From NCBI RefSeq assembly GCF_006345805.1, contig NC_043002.1, positions 43,400,001 through 43,464,000 of the forward strand: 64,000 bases of DNA, given 5' to 3'. The notes below the pieces were generated by a model. That model was not told where the DNA came from and did not search any database. It saw only the letters and a list, made by a program, of their open reading frames with translations. A program made the translations under genes and the position numbers. This DNA is from Octopus sinensis. Its lineage: Eukaryota. This document shows, in pieces, positions 1 to 11,871 of the stretch. Within the stretch, counting starts at the first letter, position 1. Each line of letters starts with the position of its first letter.

Positions 1-715
1 CTGGAAGTTATCCAGTGTCTTCGGCCCGAATGTACGTTGGAACAGATTGGCCAGCTGATTATTGTCGAGACCTAGGGCTTCCCCAAGCAATCGTTACATT
101 TCGCCTCTACCAACCCTCTATAGAAGAATGTGGTAGAACCACTACCGCAGGTGTTGCCCGAGAGATGGAATTTCAGTTCTACCAGTTCGCGTAGACATTC
201 GCCAGCAGGTGCCCGAACAAGTCTGGCATACTCTTATACAGTTCATAGGGTAGACCATCCAGTTCCAGTGCTTTACTCGCGTCGCGGTGCGCCATAGCCT
301 CAATTACCTCCTCAGGCGTGATCGGTCCTTCACAACACTCCGCGTCAAGCTCCGAGAGGCGCTGCAGCCCGGCAAGGAAATCCGATAGGTCCCTGTTACT
401 GTCCGGTCCGCTTCATCCACCACGAAAAGCTGGGCGAAGTGCTCCTGAAAGACCTCATGCATCTCCTCCGGCTCGTTTATCAACTTATCTCTTTGGTTAA
501 TCAAAGATCGAATTGTGCCATCATTGCCACGTTGGGCTTCCATAACTCGGGCCCATCCTGCTGCCTTGATTCCTTCACAACCAATGTACAAATCCTAGCT
601 CCAACAATGCAACCTTCGAGATGCTGGTTTAACGCCAGCCTCTTGGCCGTCACCTGAGCTGCAGAGCCAGATTCCATTGCTTCCTCCAAGTCCTTAGCTA
701 ATGCTAATCCCTTCC
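1..715 (-). mobile_element. Tx1/L1-clade non-LTR retrotransposon ORF2 fragment, decayed and internally deleted
   Basis: The minus strand reads EPEEMHEVFQEHFAQLF, then EVIEAMAHRDASKALELDGLPYELYKSMPDLFGHLLANVYANW* (the L1/Tx1 K-x-PG-x-DG-L-x-x-E-F-Y motif just before the RT). It then runs straight into C-terminal sequence (FYRGLVE...LFQRTFGPKTLDNFQ) homologous to 10350-10480. Confidence 0.8.
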
Positions 716-722
716 TAGTCTA

Positions 723-960
723 TCTATATATATAGAACTGAGAATGTCTGTCTGTCTGTTCTGTCTGTCTGTCTGTCTGTCTATGTGGATCCCTAAAACT
801 TGAGAACTACACAACCAATTTCATTCAAATTTTACACATGCCTTACTTGGAGTGTCATGGGCAAATATATGTTTAACTTCTTGCCTAGGGCAGGCCCACA
901 GCAACATCATATCTTCTCCACTATTTCAGTATTACGTGTTAAACGTGAAATAAAAACAAC
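723..960 (+). mobile_element. Non-autonomous Helitron-like (DINE-1/HINE-type) 5' segment
   Basis: Begins A|TCTATATATATAG, followed by a (TGTC)n microsatellite and the motif AACCAATTTCATTCAAATTTTACACA; this is the layout of rolling-circle non-autonomous elements. Confidence 0.5.
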
Positions 961-979
961 TCTCTATTGTATTTATATG

Positions 980-1039
<60 letters not shown>

Positions 1040-1202
1040 TGTATTTCTATAGATATATATGTATATGTATACATGTATGTCTCGATGTATATATATAGAT
1101 GTACATGTAATATATACACATATATATATACACATATATACATGCATACATATATACACCCATTCACACACCTCCATCCACCCTCCCACCCACGCATACA
1201 TA

Positions 1203-1530
1203 GGTGCAGGTTTGGCTGTGTGGTAACAAACTTGGTTCCAAAACACATGGTCCTCAGTTTAGTCCCACTGTGTGGTAACTTGGCACGTGTCTTCTGCTAA
1301 AGCCTCAGACCAACCAAAACCTTGTCAGTGGATTTTGTAGACAGAAACTGAAAGAAACCAATTGTATGTATATGTATGTATATATGTAAGTCTATGTGTG
1401 TGTTTTTGTGTTTCTCCCTCATCACTGCTTCACAACTGCTGTTCGTTTATTTACATCCCCATAACTTACTGGTTTCACAAGAAGAAACTGATAGAATAAG
1501 AATCAGGCTTATCAAAATATAAAAAAGCAC
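1203..1530 (+). mobile_element. tRNA-derived SINE, family A, diverged copy
   Basis: Aligns by eye with the better copies at 32079-32474 and 40433-40864 (tRNA-like head, GGCA.GTGTCTTCT core, internal TA/GT tract, GATAGAATAAG tail). Confidence 0.8.
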
Positions 1531-1612
1531 TACGCAGTGTCTCATATTTTTGTTTGCCCACTCAGTTGTATCTATCAATTTATCTTTGTGTGTGTGCGTG
1601 TGTATATATCAT

Positions 1613-1643
<31 letters not shown>

Positions 1644-1664
1644 CTATATATATATATATATATC

Positions 1665-1727
<63 letters not shown>

Positions 1728-1820
1728 ATATATATAATATATATATATATATATGGACTTCGTAGACAGGAACTGAAACAAATCAATCGTATATATATGT
1801 ATGTATATATGTAAGTGTAT

Positions 1821-4537
1821 GATTTTTGGTATTGGCAACATGAATGACAATGGTCAGAGACTACTTGGATTTTGCACATACCATAACCAGTGCATCACCA
1901 ACACATTCTTTGCCAACAAGACATCCCACAAGGCGTCTTGGAGACATCCAATATCTCACCACTGGCATCAACTGGATCTCATCATTACACGAAGATCCTT
2001 TCTGAAGTCTGTTCAACTGACCCGTAGTTACCACAGTGCGGATTGTGACATACATCATTCACTAATAAGAAGCAGGGTGAGGATTCTGCCTAACAAAGTC
2101 CATTACTCCAAGAAAATGGGCCGACCACGCATTAACACTGCCAGAACCTCGGACCCTACCGTGCAAAAATGTTTTGCTGTTTCCACCAAGGTTGTCCTCG
2201 GTAGCTGACCAACTTCCTCTGCTGAAAGTAGGTGGAATTATATCAGGGAAGCTTTGTATACCACATCAATAGATACTTTCGGCATGAGAGAAAGGCAAAA
2301 CCCAGATTGGTTCAGTCCTGGGCTCTCAGAGCTGGAAACAGTTATCGAAGCAAAGCGTGCGGCTCTGATGCAATACAAGAGTAATTCTTCTACAAAGTCA
2401 CTCGAAGAACTCAGAAAGGCAAGAAATATAACCCAACTGACTGCCAGGAGCTGTGCAAATAAGTATTGGCAGGAAATTTGTCAGAGTATCCAGTCAGCTC
2501 TTGACAGTGGTGACACCCGTGGGATGTATGCCGGTTTGAAGAAGGCCCTCGGTCCATCCGCAACCAAGTCAGCCCCTCAGAAATCAACTATTGGAGATCT
2601 CATCAAGGACCAAAGCAAGCAAATGGATAGATGGGTGGAGTACTACCAGGATCTCTACTCACGGGAGACCACGGTAGCTGAGGCTGCAATCGAGGGTGTC
2701 AAGATCTTGCCAGTCATGTGTGAACTTGACAGTCTACCATCTATAGCAGAGCTCACCAAGGCTATTGACTCCCTAGCAAGTAACAAGGCTCCAGGAAAAG
2801 ACGTCATCCCCTTAGAGATCATCAAAACCGGGAAAAACACTATCCTGTTTCGGCACTTTCATGAGCTTCTGTGTCAGTGCTGGGGAGAGGGTACAGTCCC
2901 TCAGGATATGCGGGATGCTAACATCATTACGCTTTACAAAAACAAAGGTGAACGTGGTGATTGTAACAATTACCGTGGAATATCTCTTCTAAGCACTGTT
3001 GGAAAGGTCTTTGCTCGCGTTATCCTGTCCAGGCTGCAACTGCTTGCTTCTCGAATTTATCCAGAATCGCAGTGTGGCTTTAGAAGGATATTGACATGAT
3101 ATTCTCCATAGGCCAACTTTAGGAGAAGTCCAGAGAGCAGAAAATGCCATTATATATGGCCTTCATTGATCTGACAAAGGCCTTTGACTTGGTAAGTAGA
3201 AAAGGCCTCTTCATCCTGCTCCAAAAAATCGGTAGTCCACCAAAGCTGCTGAGGATCATCAAATCTTTCCATGGTGATATGCAAGGCACCATACAGCACA
3301 ATGGTTTAACATCAACCGCCTTCCAAATAAAAAACGGGGGAAAGCAAGGTTGTGCCATTGCTCCTACATTATTTGGCATCTTCTTCTCGCTGCTGCTGTC
3401 ACATGCCTTTCAGACATCAGATGATGGAGTATTTCTGCACAGTAGAAGTGACGGGAAACTGTTCAATCTCTCGCGTCTGCGTGTCAAGACCAAAATCAGA
3501 AGCGTCCTGATCAAGGAGGTGCTATTTGCTAATGATGCCGCTCTGGTATCACACACAGAAGAAGCCCTACGAAGGCTCATCAACTGTTTTGAGCAAGCAT
3601 GTAGCGATTTGGCTTAGTTATCAGCCTCAAGAAGACCAACATCATGGGTCAGGCTACATCGGACATCCCAAACATACATATTGGAGACCACAGACTACAA
3701 AAGGTGGAGAAGTTTACCTATCTTAGCTCTACCGTCACCTACAACTTATCCCTTGATGCTAGGTTCAATATACGCATTGACAAGGCAGCTGCTGTGATGG
3801 CCCAACTATCCAAACGGGCATGGGACAACAATAAGCTGACCGAGACCACAAAAATGAAGATTTACCAGGCATGTGTACTTAGCACTCTACTGTATGGAAG
3901 TGAGACTTGGACGCCATACACACGCCAAGAGCGTCGCCTAAACATCTTTCACCTGCGCTGCCTCCGGGAAATCCTTCGCATCAAATGGCAGAATCATGTC
4001 CGCAACAAAGATGTCCTCAAGCAAGCAGGAATACCAAGCATGTTTGCACTCCTCACACAAAGACGTATGAGATGGCTTGGGCATGTTAGCCGTATGGAAG
4101 ATGGCAGAATCCCGAAGGACATACTCAACGGAGAGCTTGCTAGGGGCACTAGCTCTGTGGGAAGACCGTTCTTACGATAGAAGGATGTTTGCAAAAGGGA
4201 CATGAATGCCTGCAACATCAATATTACCAACTGGAAGCAGTTGCCAGCAACCGTGGAGATTGGCGACGTACCGTAAAAGTGGGAACACAACGAGTGACAT
4301 AGAGAGAGAGGAGAAATGGAAAGACAAGAAAAGACATCAACAAGAAAGTATGACATTACAACCAGCCAGGCAAAATCTTCACTACATTTGTGGCACCTGC
4401 CAGCGGGAGTGTTTGTCCAGAATAGGACTACACAGCCACAGCAGGAGATGTATTAGGACATGAAATGTAAAAGCCGGACTAGATTTTTTTATGCGCAACT
4501 CCATTGTCTCCCGAGACAAAAAGGGTGCCAGCAAAAA
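1821..4537 (+). mobile_element. RTE-clade (BovB-like) LINE, 5'-truncated, ORF2 pseudogene (end of EN, RT, C-terminal zinc finger)
   Basis: Collinear ORF pieces: NDNGQRLLGFC..ITNTFF..WRHP..HWHQLDLII (APE), KAPGKDVIP..NYRGISLLSTVGKVFAR..PESQCGFR, FIDLTKAFD, GGKQGCAIAPTLF, LFANDAAL, FTYLS, LLYGSETW, WLGHVSRM and YICGTCQRECLSRIGLHSHSRRC. Several stops and frameshifts. Flanked by a ~70-bp direct repeat. Confidence 0.95.
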
Positions 4538-4544
4538 TATATAT

Positions 4545-4750
4545 GGATTTCGTAGACAGGAAGTGAAACAAATCAATCGTATATATAGGTATCTATATGT
4601 AAGTGTATCTGTGGTCTGTTGTCTGTCGTCTTTCGTCCTCTTCAACTCATCACGCTGCTGTTCATTTATTCATCCACTTAACTTACTGGTTCACAAGAAG
4701 AAACTAATAGAATAAGTACCAGGCTTATCAACATAAAAAAAGCACTAGGC
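4545..4750 (+). mobile_element. SINE family A 3' half, a local duplicate of ~1310-1530
   Basis: Shares both the SINE tail and the downstream flank (GTGTCTCATATTTTTGTTTGCCCA.TCAGTTGTATCTATCAATTTATCTTTG) with 1310-1590. Confidence 0.75.
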
Positions 4751-4805
4751 TGTGTCTCATATTTTTGTTTGCCCAATCAGTTGTATCTATCAATTTATCT
4801 TTGTA

Positions 4806-4856
<51 letters not shown>

Positions 4857-4882
4857 TATCTATCATCTATCTATCTATCTAT

Positions 4883-4884
4883 CT

Positions 4885-4927
<43 letters not shown>

Positions 4928-6226
4928 CCTAATGGGAGCCTTAACTCCCAAATTTTAGTCATTTCTTTTTTGATCCAAAACTAGGTCAAAAGTACTGAAT
5001 GGATCTTTATGAAATTTGGAAATTATATTTTATGCATAAGGGCCATTACTCCCATGACAATTCATATATTTTTGCTGTTGATTAAATTTTAACCATAGAT
5101 ATTAGACACAAATGAAGTAATATTTATAAAATTTCGTCTTCTTACAAGTTATAAAGACCCCTCCATGGGGACTTAACACCCACAATTTTGTCATTTTACC
5201 AAAGCAAAAACGAATACAGTTGTGCTCTTGGAAGCTGTAGGGTTACCCGAGCATAAAAGTTGAGCATTATTTCTAATTCAATGGTACAACAATGTAACAG
5301 TTTACTTTGACATACACTTACATTGTGATTTCTGCAATGTATTGCATAAATTGTCAAGTAAATGAGAGGCATCTTTGCTTCCACTGATTCAGTTGCAAAG
5401 TGTTGAGTAAAGTTATTTGATTGCAGACCTCCTTTCAGTCTTTTTATTATCACTGGGTCACACATAGTCCCCAGATGGTAACATTGATTTCAAGGCCTTC
5501 CCAGATGAGTGAATGGTTATTCAAAGACATTTATAGATTGCAAATTTATTCTCTCCAGTTACGTATCAGTATAGTGGTCATTTGCAAACTCCAACTTTCA
5601 TTTCTCCATAGCCCTCACGTCACACAGTTGTTAATGTTTATTTCAGTTGGGTCACGCCCTTCCAATTGCTATAGATTCGTAATGCATCTTACGGCTGTGC
5701 CTGTCACCTGGATGGTGAGGAATCCTACATTGGGAGTGGTAACGACTAGGGTAGGGTAACTGACTGCTTATTGTGATCATTCGTCTTTTGGTTTCCTGTA
5801 GCTTTGCTCTCTTTTACAAACCCAGTGAACATATATTTCCTATTTCAAAGAAATTCAAACAATAGATATAAGACCCAAGTTAAAAAGATTCTCAACAATT
5901 CAACTTCTCTGGTTGACATTAAGATGCCCACTCCCAACAGGGGCCTTAACTCTCACATTTTAGAGCTCTATGACCTTCATTTTCCAGGAGCAAAATCTTT
6001 TTAAGAGGTTCAATAAAACTGGAATTTTGGAATATGCGCATAAAAATCAGTAATATAAGTGGCACGATTACAATTTTTTGGGGGTGTGTAAAGAGGGAAA
6101 TAACCCTCATCTGCAATTTTGATGAAATTCGAAACATAGATATACCAGTTCATTAGAGAAAACATAACAGAAAAGTCTATTTCTTCAATTGTATGTAACA
6201 CGGGCAACGCCGGGTATCTCTGCTAG
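4883..6226 (+). mobile_element. Non-autonomous Helitron-like element
   Basis: 5' TCTATAC(AT)nAAAAC. Internal repeats of the GGG..CTTAAC.C.CA.ATT type (4933, 5167, 5941) and two TGAAATT motifs. The 3' end has the subterminal hairpin CGGGCAACGCCGGG and CTAG|T at 6223-6227. Confidence 0.65.
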
Positions 6227-6252
6227 TATATATATGATATATCAGTATAATC

Positions 6253-6523
6253 AGAGAAAAACCAGTATTATGTAATTCAAACAATGATAGACATAAGCCA
6301 AATCATAAGGAAAAATAAAATATACTATAAAACATATAACTAAATTACAAAAAGTACAAATATGAATAAACAATATGTAAGTACTTATTACTTATTATAT
6401 ATTGTTTATTCATTTTCGTACTTTTTGTAATCTAGTTATATGTTTTATAATATATTTTACTTTTTCCTTAATAATTTGGTTTATGTCTCCATTGTTTGAA
6501 TTACATAATAGTTGTTTTTCTCT
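6253..6523. repeat. AT-rich inverted repeat with ~124-bp arms and a ~22-nt loop (fold-back or MITE-like)
   Basis: 6253-6376 is the reverse complement of 6399-6523 with scattered mismatches. Confidence 0.9.
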
Positions 6524-6622
6524 AATTTATATATATTATATATTATATTGTGCAATTTGATTTAATACTAAATTGAATTTTTCCCTGTAAGTTTGGAGTT
6601 ATACGCATTATTATTATTATTA

Positions 6623-6675
<53 letters not shown>

Positions 6676-6687
6676 TAGATAAGAGGT

Positions 6688-7211
6688 ATGTGTGCCCCAC
6701 CGTCTTTGTTTCTTCATAACTTCCAGAAAAATGGATATTCTTTTATGGAACTTTCTACATATGCAATTCAAATGGTGTAGAATCTGATTATATTGGAATT
6801 TGTTGTCAAAAAAAATTTCTGTAACTTGATAGATGAGTTTCGGAAAACTCACGCGAGTTGGCTTTTCTTCCTCAGAAGTCTCAGAAAATGAGTATTTTTT
6901 AATGTACTCTTCTATAAAATCTTTTCAGAGTGTGTAAATCACGACTAAATCGGAATTACATGCGAAACGAAAAAAAAAGTGGTCGCACATACATAGTGAT
7001 ACTCATCACACTCTTTCCCGAAATTTCACGTTTCATTTTGTAAATATGCATGTCACTATGTATGTGTACGAGTCGACCAATCTTCCTTTTCTGATATTAA
7101 ATTCCAATAGAATCGTAGTCTACACACTCAGAAAGGTATTTATAGAAATTTCATTATAAGATATCTATTTTTCTGGAAGTCATGAAGCAACAAAATCACT
7201 GATGCACACAT
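6688..7211. mobile_element. MITE-like element with ~120-bp imperfect terminal inverted repeats and internal sub-repeats
   Basis: CTTCATAACTTCCAGAAAAATGGATAT (6712) pairs with ATATCTATTTTTCTGGAAGTCATGAAG (7161). 6911-6946 pairs with 7111-7146. An inner pair lies at ~6980-7000 and ~7052-7078. Confidence 0.7.
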
Positions 7212-7281
7212 GTGTAGGAATGCCAAAAATGTAATTTGTACTAAATGTTGGGTGCCTTTTATGTAGATTCCCCTCTCATAT

Positions 7282-7336
<55 letters not shown>

Positions 7337-7870
7337 TATATCTTCTCTCCTGAGCGTCCAATAACACTATACTTGTCTCACACCCTCGCGTTGCTGTGTT
7401 TTCTCTTTGTGTTTTCATTTCTAGTATTGTATTTTTTTGTAATTGTATTTTTATTTTGTATTTTATTTTGTAATTTTATTCGTATCGTTTTTACGTCCTG
7501 TTTGTGTTACATTTTTTTCTTTCTTTGTTTTTACCCCTCTGCGAAGTAATTTTATTTAATTCTTTCGCAGGAAGGGCTAGTTCGACGAATCGTGTTCTGT
7601 CCTCACCTTCGAAACACGCTGGAGTTGAAGTAGGGACAGCTGGTGTAGGGGATTTTTCCTTGTGTAGTTACGTCTTGTACTCTGTTTTTCGTTGTAAAAA
7701 AATGGTCTGTTCCATGCTTGTTTTTACGTTTTCGTTTCTCGCTGAGTTCTACGTCTATTTGTGGTGTCCTGTACTCACGTATATATATTTATATATGCAT
7801 GTATATATACATGTAGATGTAGGTACGTACATATATGTATGTATGTATGCATATATCTTATTTATTACAC

Positions 7871-7931
<61 letters not shown>

Positions 7932-7937
7932 ACACAC

Positions 7938-8231
7938 GTGGAGGCACATGGCCTAGTGGTTAGAGCTGCGGACTCGCGGTCGAGGGATCGCGGGTTCGAA
8001 TCTCAAACCGGGCGATGTGTGTGTTTATGAGCGAAGCACCTAAGCTCCACGCGGCTCCGGCAGAAGGTAATGGCGAACTTCTGCCGATTCTTTCGCCACG
8101 ACTTTCTCTCACTCCTTCCTCCTGCATCTTGCAGCTCACCTGCGACGGACCGGTGGGAAACCTATACGCCAAGAAAACCGGGAAACCGGCCCCAATGAGC
8201 CAGGCGTGGCTCGAGAAGGAACAAATAACAA
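7938..8231 (+). mobile_element. tRNA-derived SINE, separate family, well conserved
   Basis: A box TGGCCTAGTGG and B box GGTTCGAATC, followed by a non-tRNA body and a LINE-like tail (GAAAACCGGGAAACCGGCCC...GAAGGAACAAATAACAA). Confidence 0.8.
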
Positions 8232-8334
8232 TGTATATACACACGGCGGGATTCTTTCAGTTTCCGTTTACTAAATCCATTTTTGGTCTGTCCGAGGCTG
8301 GGAAAGCAAGCTTTTTACCACAATGTGTGTGTGT

Positions 8335-8380
<46 letters not shown>

Positions 8381-8544
8381 AAGAGTGAGTGAAGGAGAGA
8401 ATGAGAGAGAGTGGCGGAGAGAAAGGGAGAGAGAGAGAGAGGAGAGAGAAAGAGTGAGTGAAGGAGAGAATGAGAGAGAGTGGCGGAGAGAAAGGGAGAG
8501 AGAGAGAGAGAGAGAGAGGGAGGTAGGCAGGCAGGCAGGCAGGC

Positions 8545-8583
<39 letters not shown>

Positions 8584-8699
8584 GAGTCTATATAGATTAA
8601 TCTCAAACAACTTGTGGACACAAGTGCTACCGGTTGAAAGTTCCGCATATCGGACACTTGCAGGCTTATGGAGTTATCAGGAGAGAGAATACGCCTCGT

Positions 8700-8887
8700 T
8701 CATATATATAACTAAAAGATTGTTGGTTATGGCCAGTCAGAGAGTGACTATTGGTTTCGCACCTGCAAAGTTCTTAGTATTATAGCTGACTCGTCAGACT
8801 CGATAACCGGAGGCACATAACATCTCTGCGACTCCGACACACACACACACACACACACACTTATATAATCGGCAGAGTTTGGTAAGT
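8700..8887 (+). promoter_or_regulatory. Candidate core promoter and non-coding first exon of the SLC7 gene
   Basis: TATA-like TATATAA at ~8706, Inr-like CCAGTC about 25-30 nt downstream, and a consensus donor G|GTAAGT at 8881/8882. The coding exon at 12297 has an acceptor and an in-frame upstream stop, so it needs an upstream UTR exon. Inference only. Confidence 0.3.
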
Positions 8888-9153
8888 GCGAATATATGAA
8901 ACATTGGATTATTGAATCATTTTCCAACTTCTGCCAATTAAATATGTATACTATATATGTTGATTGGGTGACTTATTGATTGATTGATTCACTGATTGAT
9001 TAATTGATTGATTAATTGACCTGTTAGATGAATAAAATACCTACATAAATAGATACGGGATGGATGGATGGATGGATGGATCGATAGGTGGATGGATGGT
9101 CATTTGGTTGAAAGGAGAGTGAAGGACAGATAGTGAGATACAGCGAGTGAGTG

Positions 9154-9195
<42 letters not shown>

Positions 9196-9249
9196 GGACG
9201 GATAAAGAAAAGGTTAATGCGTAAGTTGATTGAACTATGTGTATAGAGA

Positions 9250-9280
<31 letters not shown>

Positions 9281-9318
9281 CGTACGTAGGTACACACATA
9301 CTGCAGGAGACACAGTCC

Positions 9319-9395
<77 letters not shown>
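9319..9395. repeat. (GATA)n microsatellite on the 3' flank of the Tx1 insertion
   Basis: Perfect GATA tandem array. Confidence 0.95.
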
Positions 9396-10510
9396 GTTTC
9401 TTTATTGGCCACACAGGGCTGCACACAGATGGGACAAGTTACAAGGTAGAGCTTTTCTTTGGGGGGGATGAATAAAACAAAAAAACAAAAGAAAAAAAAG
9501 GTGGCGTAGGTTTTCGATCAAGTAGGATCGTAAAAGGGAAGAAAAGAACAAACAAAAAAAAAAAGAAAAGGAAAAGGAACAAAAGAAAAGAGAAATGAAA
9601 AGAGAAGAAAAAAGGGGAAAAAAAGGGGAAGAGGAAAAAAAAAAGAAAAAAACGATCAATAGGGATCGTGTATCACAGTGTTATGATATATGGTGTAAAG
9701 GGGAAAGCAAGTAAGGTTTATCCGTGGGAAGAAAAGCCTACGAAAAAGACCACGGTAACCTTGGTCAATATTGTTATATGTTACCACATTTGTTTGCAAG
9801 TGGGTAACCCTCTGTTTTCAATTTCTGGGTTCATAGGATTATGCTCAAGGTGGCTTCGTCATTCATACGTGCCATCCTTGCTACATTCACCCATCTTTTT
9901 TTAAAACATTCGCTAGACAAAACTTGCCTCTCTACTCTCACTTTCCTTTTCAAGTGGTACTTGAAGAAGTTGATGAGAGATTGACCAGAGAGGAAAGTGT
10001 TTGTCTCCAATCCTTTCAGACGCGTCCACCAGATACATTCTTTCGCCATAGCCACAAGGATGATGAAAATAGCTCTTCCTTCCCGTTTGAAGGAAGGAGG
10101 CGTGACAATATTGACGATAGACTCGGCTGATAAACCGACTCGTCCCACACGTGACAGCAGTTGTTCGACACAAGCCACAGGTCGGAAATTGTTGGACACT
10201 GCACGAGTGCGTGCAGAACGGTTTCGTCGCCCTGACCGCATCTCGGGCAGGTCGGCCCCGTGTTTTCTCGAGCCGTGTCTGTAGAGCTTATCCCGAACGG
10301 GTAGCGCTTCTCGGTAGCAGCTGCCAGGCCAGGGATCTCTGGAAGTTGTCCATGGGCCCTGGCCCGAAAGTCGTCCTGAACAGGCGGGTCAGGTACTCCT
10401 CGTCGACGTCCAGGTTCGCCCCGAGCTCGTCGTCGTACCTCCCCTCCACTAATCCCCTATAGAATGCTTTGGTTGTGTTGAAGTCACACAAGGTCGACCC
10501 AGGACGGCGA
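9396..10510 (-). mobile_element. Tx1-clade non-LTR retrotransposon, 5'-truncated (ORF2 C-terminus with CCHC knuckle plus 3' UTR)
   Basis: The minus strand reads TTKAFYRGLVEGRYDDELG..LFRTTFGPGPMDNFQRSLAWQ, then after frameshifts CYREALPVRDKLYRHG, CPRCGQGDETVLHALVQC (C-x2-C-x8-H-x4-C) and ..KECIWWTR..FFKYHLKRKVRVER..F.KRW. The T-rich 3' UTR ends AATAAAGAAAC. Confidence 0.9.
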
Positions 10511-10516
10511 TAGATT

Positions 10517-10587
<71 letters not shown>

Positions 10588-10600
10588 GGATAGATAGATT

Positions 10601-10645
<45 letters not shown>

Positions 10646-10687
10646 GTAGGTAGATAGATAGATAGATCGATAGATAGATTATAGATA

Positions 10688-10748
<61 letters not shown>

Positions 10749-10770
10749 CAGGTAGATAGACAGATAGATA
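10510..10770. repeat. Long imperfect (GATA)n array on the 5' flank of the Tx1 insertion
   Basis: About 260 bp of GATA units with occasional variants. Confidence 0.95.
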
Positions 10771-10949
10771 GAAATTTAAGTGAAATTTTGGAATGATAAA
10801 TTTCTTATTCAGTAAAATTTTATTTCGATTTCGATGGACATTGTCGCCTGCGTCATGTAGCAACGATGATTACAGCGAGAACAACGATGACAACGATTAT
10901 GAGTACTAAAAACTACGAAGAAAGTCAAAACGAACAACAATAACAACAA

Positions 10950-11198
10950 GAACTACGACTGCTGCTGCTGCTACTACTACTACTACTACTACTACTACAA
11001 CAACTACTACAACAACAACTACTACTACTACTTAAGAAGTGACGTTGACAAACCACCATTCCTCCATCCAGTCTTCCTTCTCCCAATGTTCAAGCATTGA
11101 AAAAAATACACAAAGGCAACGCAACGACAGCAGCTGGTTACCACCTACACCACCACTACCAAACACTACCACCGTCGCCCTCAACCACCTCGATTGCC

Positions 11199-11230
<32 letters not shown>

Positions 11231-11239
11231 GCCACCACC

Positions 11240-11288
<49 letters not shown>

Positions 11289-11352
11289 TAACACCACCAC
11301 CAGCAGCAGCTATAGCCTTTACTATTCTCCTCCTCCTCCTCCTCCTCCTCCT
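10950..11352. repeat. Compound trinucleotide microsatellites (CTG/CTA/CAA/CCA/CCT)
   Basis: Adjacent pure triplet runs at 10958-11030 and 11198-11352. Confidence 0.9.
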
Positions 11353-11779
11353 GTATCCCATACGAATCAGTAGCAACAGTGACAGCAGCAACAGTTAATG
11401 AAAGCAATACACAAGTTTTTTTTTTTGTTTCATCGTTATTCATTATTTGCTTATTATTGTTTGCTTTTTCCCTCCTTTCTTTCAAATTTACTTATTAAAA
11501 CTCATTCCATTCAGCTTTTATTTATCTGCGAAAGACTAAGGAAGGCATTTTTTACGTACCCATATTGTATGTATAAGCTTGCATGTATGTATGTATGTAT
11601 GTACGTATGTATTTCATGCATGTGTATATGTATGGATGGCTGTATGTTTGAAATCACGAATTTGACGATATAAAAATCTGTCCAAATAACCATCCATCCA
11701 TCCATCCATCCATCCATCCATCCATCCACCCATCCATCCATCCATCCATCCATCCATTCATCCAACGAATCAGCCATCC

Positions 11780-11838
<59 letters not shown>

Positions 11839-11839
11839 A

Positions 11840-11871
<32 letters not shown>

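Noticed and set aside
800-1300. Long ORFs rich in YI/IY, CV/VC, HT/TH, LS or YLSI (this one and dozens more across the window)
   Set aside because: They are translations of (TA)n, (CA)n, (GA)n, (TATG)n and (GATA)n microsatellites, which lack stops in some frames; no domain content.
7938-8012. tRNA-like sequence with A and B boxes (also the heads at 32079, 35128, 40433 and 61052)
   Set aside because: Each continues into a SINE body and tail and lacks a clean acceptor stem and terminator; these are SINE heads, not tRNA genes.
11032-11485. PolyQ/polyA/polyP/polyT ORFs resembling huntingtin-like or transcription-factor low-complexity regions
   Set aside because: These are compound triplet microsatellites open in several frames on both strands, with no splice signals or non-repetitive coding context.
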